Part shown: positions 1 through 11,733 of the stretch, in pieces | Layout: each line of letters starts with the position of its first letter | How positions within the stretch are numbered: the first letter of the stretch is position 1 | From: Paraphysomonas bandaiensis | Taxonomy: Eukaryota; Protista; Chrysophyceae | Direction: 5' to 3' | Length of the DNA: 64,000 bases | Assembly (NCBI GenBank): GCA_965644295.1 | Contig: CBFFRP010000370.1 | Coordinates: 1-64,000 of the forward strand | Translations under genes and position numbers: made by a program | Notes under the pieces: model-generated | What the model saw: the letters and a program-made list of their open reading frames with translations, nothing else | The model's database searches: none | Told to the model about the DNA's origin: nothing

Positions 1-1140
1 CTTGGTAGGTGTTGACGCGAAGATCACCGTCGAGAGCAAGACGCTTCCTGCGTTCTGATTCAGCAAATGCGAGGATGTCCGCCCTGCTGAGTCGACCCCT
101 GTCGGCACTAACCATCAAAACAAACATTATGAAGGAGGAAATGTAGACAACTTACTCCTGATTCCGTGAAAATTCTTGTATTGCACAAAGCCACTTCTGC
201 ACATCTGCCTCATTATCTAGAACCCTCAAGGTGAACCAGAAGTTTCACCAAAAACTCAAATTGGTCAATGTCTTGTCCGGTGTAAAATGAAGAGTCGATT
301 GCCAGAGAGCTGCACATTGATATGAGTACAAGTAATCGCCACAGCAAAAGCGCACAGAACAACGTTGGATACCACTCCCAGTTAAAGATAACAAACGTGA
401 TGCGGTACAGCCATGGACATACCTTAAATTTTTGGACTTGTCCTCAATCGCTTGGATGCGGAGAAGTTCAAGAACTTCTATGCGCAATGCGCAAAGGTGA
501 CTAATGATGTTCATGACGGCCGTAATGAACGCCCATTGATACAGCAAAAGAAACACCTGTGAGCTAAACTTTTCCACCAGAGATCTGCCAAGATTTTAAA
601 ATCATCATGTATTAAATGAGTATGTCTTATACCTCTATCTGATGTGGAACTCTTAAGCGTCACACTGTAATAGAGTGCATCGGCAACTCTCCACTCCTCA
701 TTACCCATAAAAAAAAGTGTTCCGATACCCAATACAGAAATCATAGTAAGAGAAGGATAGATTAATCGATGTAAGTAAATAGATTGAAGTGATAGTGTAT
801 ATATTCCTTTATTATATCTATCAGTAGTAGCTCTCTTTGCTTTAGCACGAGCCATACCTACTTCAGTTATAATAAAACTACTTAATACATTAATTGTAAT
901 CATAATTCCAATAATTGTAAAGAAAGCAATAAATATCCGATAATTTGATGGTGTTTGACGGGCTGGTAGATGCCTCTCTTCCCACTGCAGTCATACATGC
1001 TGTAGTTAGTAAGAGAGACTCTATAAGTAACCAGTGTAGCTGATAATGAAAGAAATATATGCCTAATATGTTAGTAGATAATGATAGGACCTAAGATGAT
1101 TCGACGACGATTGATCCATGGGGTGTTTGATGATGTATAC
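1..1140 (-). pseudogene. Degenerate two-pore (TPK/K2P-like) potassium channel gene, partial and frameshifted
   Basis: ORF 511-903 has the TM plus pore-helix pattern 'GIGTLFFMGNEEWRVADALYYSV'. An upstream frame gives a second unit 'LGIYFFHYQLHWLLIESLLLTTACMTAVG', and downstream 'DIDQFEFLVKLLVHL' resembles the TPK C-terminus. No GYG filter is visible and the frames shift. Confidence 0.45.
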
Positions 1141-1570
1141 ATGGGGTATATGAGAGGATAGGAGGGGTTAGGTAGTACGAGACATTGAAGGGTTACTAAG
1201 AGGGAATAGAGGCTATAAAAGAGAAAAAGAAGATAAGAAATGAATAAAGAAAGTGTTCATTAGTAGAAGAGATTGTATAGAAGGTGTATTGGACTGATAT
1301 TATATCGAATGATAGAGTAATGAAGGAGTGTATGATTATATATGGAAATCTACGTAGAGGGAGACGGAGATGGGGTTGAACTGAATAAAATATAGGGATG
1401 TGTGTAGGGAATAGAACAATAGTGTGTGGGTGTATGGGAGAGAGGGATGTGGGGTGGAGGTGTGAGGAAAAAAGAGTGTATGTGATTCTATTCGTGTCCA
1501 TATAAGATACACGTATGTCTCAACAGAGACCCTTCAACCCTTTGTCCACGAATTCTCGTATGCGTTCATA

Positions 1571-2212
1571 TATACATACATACATACATACATACATACA
1601 TACATACATACATACATACATACATACATACATACATACATACATACATACATACATACATACATACATACATACATACATACATACATACATACATACA
1701 TACATACATACATACATACATACATACATACATACATACATACATACATACATACATACATACATACATACATACATACATACATACATACATACATACA
1801 TACATACATACATACATACATACATACATACATACATACATACATACATACATACATACATACATACATACATACATACATACATACATACATACATACA
1901 TACATACATACATACATACATACATACATACATGCATACATACATACATACATACATACATACATACATACATACATACATACATACATACATACATACA
2001 TACATACATACATACATACATACATACATACATACATACATACATACATACATACATACATACATACATACATACATACATACATACATACATACATACA
2101 TACATACATACATACATACATACATACATACATACATACATACATACATACATACATACATACATACATACATACATACATACATACATACATACATACA
2201 TACATACATACA
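1571..2212. repeat. (TACA)n microsatellite, ~640 bp
   Basis: Near-perfect tetranucleotide run with one TGCA variant; the YIHT/MYVC ORFs over it are artefacts. Confidence 0.99.
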
Positions 2213-2270
2213 GATCACTATTTCAGGATCTCTGATATGAATATATTCCGAAGTCATACTTATGTCGAGA

Positions 2271-2319
2271 GGTAGTGATCCCCCTGTATGTATCAACGTC
2301 ACACAGGGGGATCACTACC
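2271..2319. other. Perfect 17-bp inverted repeat (hairpin) followed by ATTTTT
   Basis: GGTAGTGATCCCCCTGT (2271-2287) and ACAGGGGGATCACTACC (2303-2319). Confidence 0.85.
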
Positions 2320-2408
2320 ATTTTTACAATACATGTGCTTAGATTTCAATTACATGATGAATAATCTGAAGCATGTTCGTCATCTATCATCGTAGATTCC
2401 CAACTATA

Positions 2409-5400
2409 GTGTTATACAACTGTGTAGATGTATATGTTGTGTATGTGTATGTTGTGTATTGCTTCTGTGATGACCTATAATAGCTTCCGCCGTTTCTGAT
2501 CTTTCATGAAAGACGCAGCTATATACATTGTCTGAGAAGTGTTATACAACTGTGTAGATGTATATGTTGTGTATGTGTATGTTGTGTTTTGATGAAAACT
2601 TTATTTATATAATGTGTATTGCTTCTGTGATGACCAATAATAGCTTCCGCCGTTTCTGATCTTTCATGAAAGACGCAGCTATATACATTGTCTGAGAAGT
2701 GTTATACAACTGTGTAGATGTATATGTTGTGTATGTGTATGTTGTGTTTTGATGAAAACTTTATTTATATAATGTGTATTGCTTCTGTGATGACCAATAA
2801 TAGCTTCCGCCGTTTCTGATCTTTCATGAAAGACGCAGCTATATACATTGTCTGAGAAGTGTTATACAACTGTGTAGATGTATATGTTGTGTATGTGTAT
2901 GTTGTGTTTTGATGAAAACTTTATTTATATAATGTGTATTGCTTCTGTGATGACCAATAATAGCTTCCGCCGTTTCTGATCTTTCATGAAAGACGCAGCT
3001 ATATACATTGTCTGAGAAGTGTTATACAACTGTGTAGATGTATATGTTGTGTATGTGTATGTTGTGTTTTGATGAAAACTTTATTTATATAATGTGTATT
3101 GCTTCTGTGATGACCAATAATAGCTTCCGCCGTTTCTGATCTTTCATGAAAGACGCAGCTATATACATTGTCTGAGAAGTGTTATACAACTGTGTAGATG
3201 TATATGTTGTGTATGTGTATGTTGTGTTTTGATGAAAACTTTATTTATATAATGTGTATTGCTTCTGTGATGACCAATAATAGCTTCCGCCGTTTCTGAT
3301 CTTTCATGAAAGACGCAGCTATATACATTGTCTGAGAAGTGTTATACAACTGTGTAGATGTATATGTTGTGTATGTGTATGTTGTGTTTTGATGAAAACT
3401 TTATTTATATAATGTGTATTGCTTCTGTGATGACCAATAATAGCTTCCGCCGTTTCTGATCTTTCATGAAAGACGCAGCTATATACATTGTCTGAGAAGT
3501 GTTATACAACTGTGTAGATGTATATGTTGTGTATGTGTATGTTGTGTTTTGATGAAAACTTTATTTATATAATGTGTATTGCTTCTGTGATGACCAATAA
3601 TAGCTTCCGCCGTTTCTGATCTTTCATGAAAGACGCAGCTATATACATTGTCTGAGAAGTGTTATACAACTGTGTAGATGTATATGTTGTGTATGTGTAT
3701 GTTGTGTTTTGATGAAAACTTTATTTATATAATGTGTATTGCTTCTGTGATGACCAATAATAGCTTCCGCCGTTTCTGATCTTTCATGAAAGACGCAGCT
3801 ATATACATTGTCTGAGAAGTGTTATACAACTGTGTAGATGTATATGTTGTGTATGTGTATGTTGTGTTTTGATGAAAACTTTATTTATATAATGTGTATT
3901 GCTTCTGTGATGACCAATAATAGCTTCCGCCGTTTCTGATCTTTCATGAAAGACGCAGCTATATACATTGTCTGAGAAGTGTTATACAACTGTGTAGATG
4001 TATATGTTGTGTATGTGTATGTTGTGTTTTGATGAAAACTTTATTTATATAATGTGTATTGCTTCTGTGATGACCAATAATAGCTTCCGCCGTTTCTGAT
4101 CTTTCATGAAAGACGCAGCTATATACATTGTCTGAGAAGTGTTATACAACTGTGTAGATGTATATGTTGTGTATGTGTATGTTGTGTTTTGATGAAAACT
4201 TTATTTATATAATGTGTATTGCTTCTGTGATGACCAATAATAGCTTCCGCCGTTTCTGATCTTTCATGAAAGACGCAGCTATATACATTGTCTGAGAAGT
4301 GTTATACAACTGTGTAGATGTATATGTTGTGTATGTGTATGTTGTGTTTTGATGAAAACTTTATTTATATAATGTGTATTGCTTCTGTGATGACCAATAA
4401 TAGCTTCCGCCGTTTCTGATCTTTCATGAAAGACGCAGCTATATACATTGTCTGAGAAGTGTTATACAACTGTGTAGATGTATATGTTGTGTATGTGTAT
4501 GTTGTGTTTTGATGAAAACTTTATTTATATAATGTGTATTGCTTCTGTGATGACCAATAATAGCTTCCGCCGTTTCTGATCTTTCATGAAAGACGCAGCT
4601 ATATACATTGTCTGAGAAGTGTTATACAACTGTGTAGATGTATATGTTGTGTATGTGTATGTTGTGTTTTGATGAAAACTTTATTTATATAATGTGTATT
4701 GCTTCTGTGATGACCAATAATAGCTTCCGCCGTTTCTGATCTTTCATGAAAGACGCAGCTATATACATTGTCTGAGAAGTGTTATACAACTGTGTAGATG
4801 TATATGTTGTGTATGTGTATGTTGTGTTTTGATGAAAACTTTATTTATATAATGTGTATTGCTTCTGTGATGACCAATAATAGCTTCCGCCGTTTCTGAT
4901 CTTTCATGAAAGACGCAGCTATATACATTGTCTGAGAAGTGTTATACAACTGTGTAGATGTATATGTTGTGTATGTGTATGTTGTGTTTTGATGAAAACT
5001 TTATTTATATAATGTGTATTGCTTCTGTGATGACCAATAATAGCTTCCGCCGTTTCTGATCTTTCATGAAAGACGCAGCTATATACATTGTCTGAGAAGT
5101 GTTATACAACTGTGTAGATGTATATGTTGTGTATGTGTATGTTGTGTTTTGATGAAAACTTTATTTATATAATGTGTATTGCTTCTGTGATGACCAATAA
5201 TAGCTTCCGCCGTTTCTGATCTTTCATGAAAGACGCAGCTATATACATTGTCTGAGAAGTGTTATACAACTGTGTAGATGTATATGTTGTGTATGTGTAT
5301 GTTGTGTTTTGATGAAAACTTTATTTATATAATGTGTATTGCTTCTGTGATGACCAATAATAGCTTCCGCCGTTTCTGATCTTTCATGAAAGACGCAGCT

Positions 5401-8400
5401 ATATACATTGTCTGAGAAGTGTTATACAACTGTGTAGATGTATATGTTGTGTATGTGTATGTTGTGTTTTGATGAAAACTTTATTTATATAATGTGTATT
5501 GCTTCTGTGATGACCAATAATAGCTTCCGCCGTTTCTGATCTTTCATGAAAGACGCAGCTATATACATTGTCTGAGAAGTGTTATACAACTGTGTAGATG
5601 TATATGTTGTGTATGTGTATGTTGTGTTTTGATGAAAACTTTATTTATATAATGTGTATTGCTTCTGTGATGACCAATAATAGCTTCCGCCGTTTCTGAT
5701 CTTTCATGAAAGACGCAGCTATATACATTGTCTGAGAAGTGTTATACAACTGTGTAGATGTATATGTTGTGTATGTGTATGTTGTGTTTTGATGAAAACT
5801 TTATTTATATAATGTGTATTGCTTCTGTGATGACCAATAATAGCTTCCGCCGTTTCTGATCTTTCATGAAAGACGCAGCTATATACATTGTCTGAGAAGT
5901 GTTATACAACTGTGTAGATGTATATGTTGTGTATGTGTATGTTGTGTTTTGATGAAAACTTTATTTATATAATGTGTATTGCTTCTGTGATGACCAATAA
6001 TAGCTTCCGCCGTTTCTGATCTTTCATGAAAGACGCAGCTATATACATTGTCTGAGAAGTGTTATACAACTGTGTAGATGTATATGTTGTGTATGTGTAT
6101 GTTGTGTTTTGATGAAAACTTTATTTATATAATGTGTATTGCTTCTGTGATGACCAATAATAGCTTCCGCCGTTTCTGATCTTTCATGAAAGACGCAGCT
6201 ATATACATTGTCTGAGAAGTGTTATACAACTGTGTAGATGTATATGTTGTGTATGTGTATGTTGTGTTTTGATGAAAACTTTATTTATATAATGTGTATT
6301 GCTTCTGTGATGACCAATAATAGCTTCCGCCGTTTCTGATCTTTCATGAAAGACGCAGCTATATACATTGTCTGAGAAGTGTTATACAACTGTGTAGATG
6401 TATATGTTGTGTATGTGTATGTTGTGTTTTGATGAAAACTTTATTTATATAATGTGTATTGCTTCTGTGATGACCAATAATAGCTTCCGCCGTTTCTGAT
6501 CTTTCATGAAAGACGCAGCTATATACATTGTCTGAGAAGTGTTATACAACTGTGTAGATGTATATGTTGTGTATGTGTATGTTGTGTTTTGATGAAAACT
6601 TTATTTATATAATGTGTATTGCTTCTGTGATGACCAATAATAGCTTCCGCCGTTTCTGATCTTTCATGAAAGACGCAGCTATATACATTGTCTGAGAAGT
6701 GTTATACAACTGTGTAGATGTATATGTTGTGTTTTGATGAAAACTTTATTTATATAATGTGTATTGCTTCTGTGATGACCAATAATAGCTTCCGCCGTTT
6801 CTGATCTTTCATGAAAGACGCAGCTATATACATTGTCTGAGAAGTGTTATACAACTGTGTAGATGTATATGTTGTGTATGTGTATGTTGTGTTTTGATGA
6901 AAACTTTGTTTATATAATGTGTATTGCTTCTGTGATGACCAATAATAGCTTCCGCCGTTTCTGATCTTTCATGAAAGACGCAGCTATATACATTGTCTGA
7001 GAAGTGTTATACAACTGTGTAGATGTATATGTTGTGTATGTGTATGTTGTGTTTTGATGAAAACTTTATTTATATAATGTGTATTGCTTCTGTGATGACC
7101 AATAATAGCTTCCGCCGTTTCTGATCTTTCATGAAAGACGCAGCTATATACATTGTCTGAGAAGTGTTATACAACTGTGTAGATGTATATGTTGTGTATG
7201 TGTATGTGTATGTTGTGTTTTGATGAAAACTTTATTTATATAAAGTGTATTGCTTCTGTGATGACCAATAATAGCTTCCGCCGTTTCTGATCTTTCATGA
7301 AAGACGCAGCTATATACATTGTCTGAGAAGTGTTATACAACTGTGTAGATGTATATGTTGTGTATGTGTATGTTGTGTTTTGATGAAAACTTTATTTATA
7401 TAATGTGTATTGCTTCTGTGATGACCAATAATAGCTTCCGCCGTTTCTGATCTTTCATGAAAGACGCAGCTATATACATTGTCTGAGAAGTGTTATACAA
7501 CTGTGTAGATGTATATGTTGTGTTTTGATGAAAACTTTATTTATATAATGTGTATTGCTTCTGTGATGACCAATAATAGCTTCCGCCGTTTCTGATCTTT
7601 CATGAAAGACGCAGCTATATACATTGTCTGAGAAGTGTTATACAACTGTGTAGATGTATATGTTGTGTATGTGTATGTTGTGTTTTGATGAAAACTTTAT
7701 TTATATAATGTGTATTGCTTCTGTGATGACCAATAATAGCTTCCGCCGTTTCTGATCTTTCATGAAAGACGCAGCTATATACATTGTCTGAGAAGTGTTA
7801 TACAACTGTGTAGATGTATATGTCGTGTATGTGTATGTTGTGTTTTGATGAAAACTTTATTTATATAATGTGTATTGCTTCTGTGATGACCAATAATAGC
7901 TTCCGCCGTTTCTGATCTTTCATGAAAGACGCAGCTATATACATTGTCTGAGAAGTGTTATACAACTGTGTAGATGTATATGTTGTGTTTTGATGAAAAC
8001 TTTATTTATATAATGTGTATTGCTTCTGTGATGACCAATAATAGCTTCCGCCGTTTCTGATCTTTCATGAGAGACGCAGCTATATACATTGTCTGAGAAG
8101 TGTTATACAACTGTGTAGATGTATATGTTGTGTATGTGTATGTTGTGTTTTGATGAAAACTTTATTTATATAATGTGTATTGCTTCTGTGATGACCAATA
8201 ATAGCTTCCGCCGTTTCTGATCTTTCATGAAAGACGCAGCTATATACATTGTCTGAGAAGTGTTATACAACTGTGTAGATGTATATGTTGTGTATGTGTA
8301 TGTTGTGTTTTGATGAAAACTTTATTTATATAATGTGTATTGCTTCTGTGATGACCAATAATAGCTTCCGCCGTTTCTGATCTTTCATGAAAGACGCAGC

Positions 8401-11335
8401 TATATACATTGTCTGAGAAGTGTTATACAACTGTGTAGATGTATATGTTGTGTATGTGTATGTGTATGTTGTGTTTTGATGAAAACTTTATTTATATAAT
8501 GTGTATTGCTTCTGTGATGACCAATAATAGCTTCCGCCGTTTCTGATCTTTCATGAAAGACGCAGCTATATACATTGTCTGAGAAGTGTTATACAACTGT
8601 GTAGATGTATATGTTGTGTATGTGTATGTTGTGTTTTGATGAAAACTTTATTTATATAATGTGTATTGCTTCTGTGATGACCAATAATAGCTTCCGCCGT
8701 TTCTGATCTTTCATGAAAGACGCAGCTATATACATTGTCTGAGAAGTGTTATACAACTGTGTAGATGTATATGTTGTGTATGTGTATGTGTATGTTGTGT
8801 TTTGATGAAAACTTTATTTATATAATGTGTATTGCTTCTGTGATGACCAATAATAGCTTCCGCCGTTTCTGATCTTTCATGAAAGACGCAGCTATATACA
8901 TTGTCTGAGAAGTGTTATACAACTGTGTAGATGTATATGTTGTGTATGTGTATGTTGTGTTTTGATGAAAACTTTATTTATATAATGTGTATTGCTTCTG
9001 TGATGACCAATAATAGCTTCCGCCGTTTCTGATCTTTCATGAAAGACGCAGCTATATACATTGTCTGAGAAGTGTTATACAACTGTGTAGATGTATATGT
9101 TGTGTATGTGTATGTTGTGTTTTGATGAAAACTTTATTTATATAATGTGTATTGCTTCTGTGATGACCAATAATAGCTTCCGCCGTTTCTGATCTTTCAT
9201 GAAAGACGCAGCTATATACATTGTCTGAGAAGTGTTATACAACTGTGTAGATGTATATCTTGTGTATGTGTATGTGTATGTTGTGTTTTGATGAAAACTT
9301 TATTTATATAATGTGTATTGCTTCTGTGATGACCAATAATAGCTTCCGCCGTTTCTGATCTTTCATGAAAGACGCAGCTATATACATTGTCTGAGAAGTG
9401 TTATACAACTGTGTAGATGTATATGTTGTGTATGTGTATGTGTATGTTGTGTTTTGATGAAAACTTTATTTATATAATGTGTATTGCTTCTGTGATGACC
9501 AATTCCACCGTTTCTGATCTTTCATGAAAGACGCAGCTATATACATTGTCTGAGAAGTGTTATACAACTGTGTAGATGTATATGTTGTGTATGTGTATGT
9601 TGTGTTTTGATGAAAACTTTATTTATATAATGTGTATTGCTTCTGTGATGACCAATAATAGCTTCCGCCGTTTCTGATCTTTCATGAAAGACGCAGCTAT
9701 ATACATTGTCTGAGAAGTGTTATACAACTGTGTAGATGTATATGTTGTGTATGTGTATGTGTATGTTGTGTTTTGATGAAAACTTTATTTATATAATGTG
9801 TATTGCTTCTGTGATGACCAATAATAGCTTCCGCCGTTTCTGATCTTTCATGAAAGACGCAGCTATATACATTGTCTGAGAAATGTTATACAACTGTGTA
9901 GATGTATATGTTGTGTATGTGTATGTTGTGTTTTGATGAAAACTTTATTTATATAATGTGTATTGCTTCTGTGATGACCAATAATAGCTTCCGCCGTTTC
10001 TGATCTTTCATGAAAGACGCAGCTATATACATTGTCTGAGAAGTGTTATACAACTGTGTAGATGTATATGTTGTGTATGTGTATGTTGTGTTTTGATGAA
10101 AACTTTATTTATATAATGTGTATTGCTTCTGTGATGACCAATAATAGCTTCCGCCGTTTCTGATCTTTCATGAAAGACGCAGCTATATACATTGTCTGAG
10201 AAGTGTTATACAACTGTGTAGATGTATATCTTGTGTATGTGTATGTGTATGTTGTGTTTTGATGAAAACTTTATTTATATAATGTGTATTGCTTCTGTGA
10301 TGACCAATAATAGCTTCCGCCGTTTCTGATCTTTCATGAAAGACGCAGCTATATACATTGTCTGAGAAGTGTTATACAACTGTGTAGATGTATATGTTGT
10401 GTATGTGTATGTGTATGTTGTGTTTTGATGAAAACTTTATTTATATAATGTGTATTGCTTCTGTGATGACCAATTCCACCGTTTCTGATCTTTCATGAAA
10501 GACGCAGCTATATACATTGTCTGAGAAGTGTTATACAACTGTGTAGATGTATATGTTGTGTATGTGTATGTTGTGTTTTGATGAAAACTTTATTTATATA
10601 ATGTGTATTGCTTCTGTGATGACCAATAATAGCTTCCGCCGTTTCTGATCTTTCATGAAAGACGCAGCTATATACATTGTCTGAGAAGTGTTATACAACT
10701 GTGTAGATGTATATGTTGTGTATGTGTATGTTGTGTTTTGATGAAAACTTTATTTATATAATGTGTATTGCTTCTGTGATGACCAATAATAGCTTCCGCC
10801 GTTTCTGATCTTTCATGAAAGACGCAGCTATATACATTGTCTGAGAAGTGTTATACAACTGTGTAGATGTATATCTTGTGTATGTGTATGTGTATGTTGT
10901 GTTTTGATGAAAACTTTATTTATATAATGTGTATTGCTTCTGTGATGACCAATAATAGCTTCCGCCGTTTCTGATCTTTCATGAAAGACGCAGCTATATA
11001 CATTGTCTGAGAAGTGTTATACAACTGTGTAGATGTATATGTTGTGTATGTGTATGTTGTGTTTTGATGAAAACTTTATTTATATAATGTGTATTGCTTC
11101 TGTGATGACCAATAATAGCTTCCGCCGTTTCTGATCTTTCATGAAAGACGCAGCTATATACATTGTCTGAGAAGTGTTATACAACTGTGTAGATGTATAT
11201 GTTGTGTATGTGTATGTTGTGTTTTGATGAAAACTTTATTTATATAATGTGTATTGCTTCTGTGATGACCAATAATAGCTTCCGCCGTTTCTGATCTTTC
11301 ATGAAAGACGCAGCTATATACATTGTCTGAGACGT
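2409..11335 (+). repeat. 160-bp tandem array, ~56 units, each containing a C/D snoRNA-like gene
   Basis: Exact 160-bp period from 2461 to 6621, then units of 145, 153, 160 and 166 bp. 56 copies of GCTTCTGTGATGACC counted by eye. Confidence 0.98.
2461..11335 (+). ncRNA. Tandem cluster of ~56 box C/D snoRNA genes (~80 nt each; first copy 2461-2540) with two LSU rRNA guides (U34/snR62-type site and a helix 68-69 region site)
   Basis: First unit: stem GCTTC 2461-2465 / GAAGT 2536-2540; box C GTGATGA 2467-2473; D' CTGA 2496-2499; degenerate C' in ATGAAAGA; box D CTGA 2532-2535. The D' guide GCTTCCGCCGTTT pairs with conserved LSU AAACGGCGGGAGU. The D guide TATATACATTGT pairs with LSU ACAAUGUAGAUA with one mismatch. 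Confidence 0.85.
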
Positions 11336-11733
11336 GTTTATGAAGTTGCCATACTTTGTTTAATTTTTTTTTTTGTTTCTGCTGTTGTGCTAATTAATGA
11401 TTTTGTTGTTATCTTGTGGGTTTGAGTTCAGATTAGATACATACTATATTATCCTAAAACACTCAGTTCTATGTATAGCAGTACTTGTTCTAATTCTGCA
11501 ACTTTTCTCCAGACAGACTTATCATAGGAATAGCTGTTTTAATACACCAAAGACTGTATACTATGGAAACAATGTAATGAAGTAAAAGATTATTACAGGA
11601 GCCATATGTAAATCGTAATTCTGATTTAGATATTACTTTATTTGTAATATTCAACCACTGTACAAAACGTATACAATACACCGTGATTATCTACCATATA
11701 CATAGCCCTGAGGCATAAGATTTTAAAAATAAT

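Noticed and set aside
1515-2302. Long YIHT/MYVC ORFs here and at the other TACA tracts
   Set aside because: Stop-free translations of a tetranucleotide repeat; no coding evidence.
2211-2400. U3 snoRNA, H/ACA RNA or snRNA upstream of the array
   Set aside because: Only a loose resemblance (CTATTTCAGGATC; ACAATA after the hairpin). No U3 boxes B/C/D, pseudouridylation pocket or terminal ACA.
2409-11335. CRISPR array or centromeric satellite reading of the 160-bp repeat
   Set aside because: Spacers are identical, there are no cas genes and the context is eukaryotic. The period is nucleosome-like, but the C/D boxes and rRNA guides explain the unit better.
11396-11425. Possible extra C/D snoRNA with an snR38-like guide (GTTATCTTGTGG)
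   Set aside because: Needs a bulge to pair with CCACAGGGAUAAC; no good box C, box D or terminal stem.
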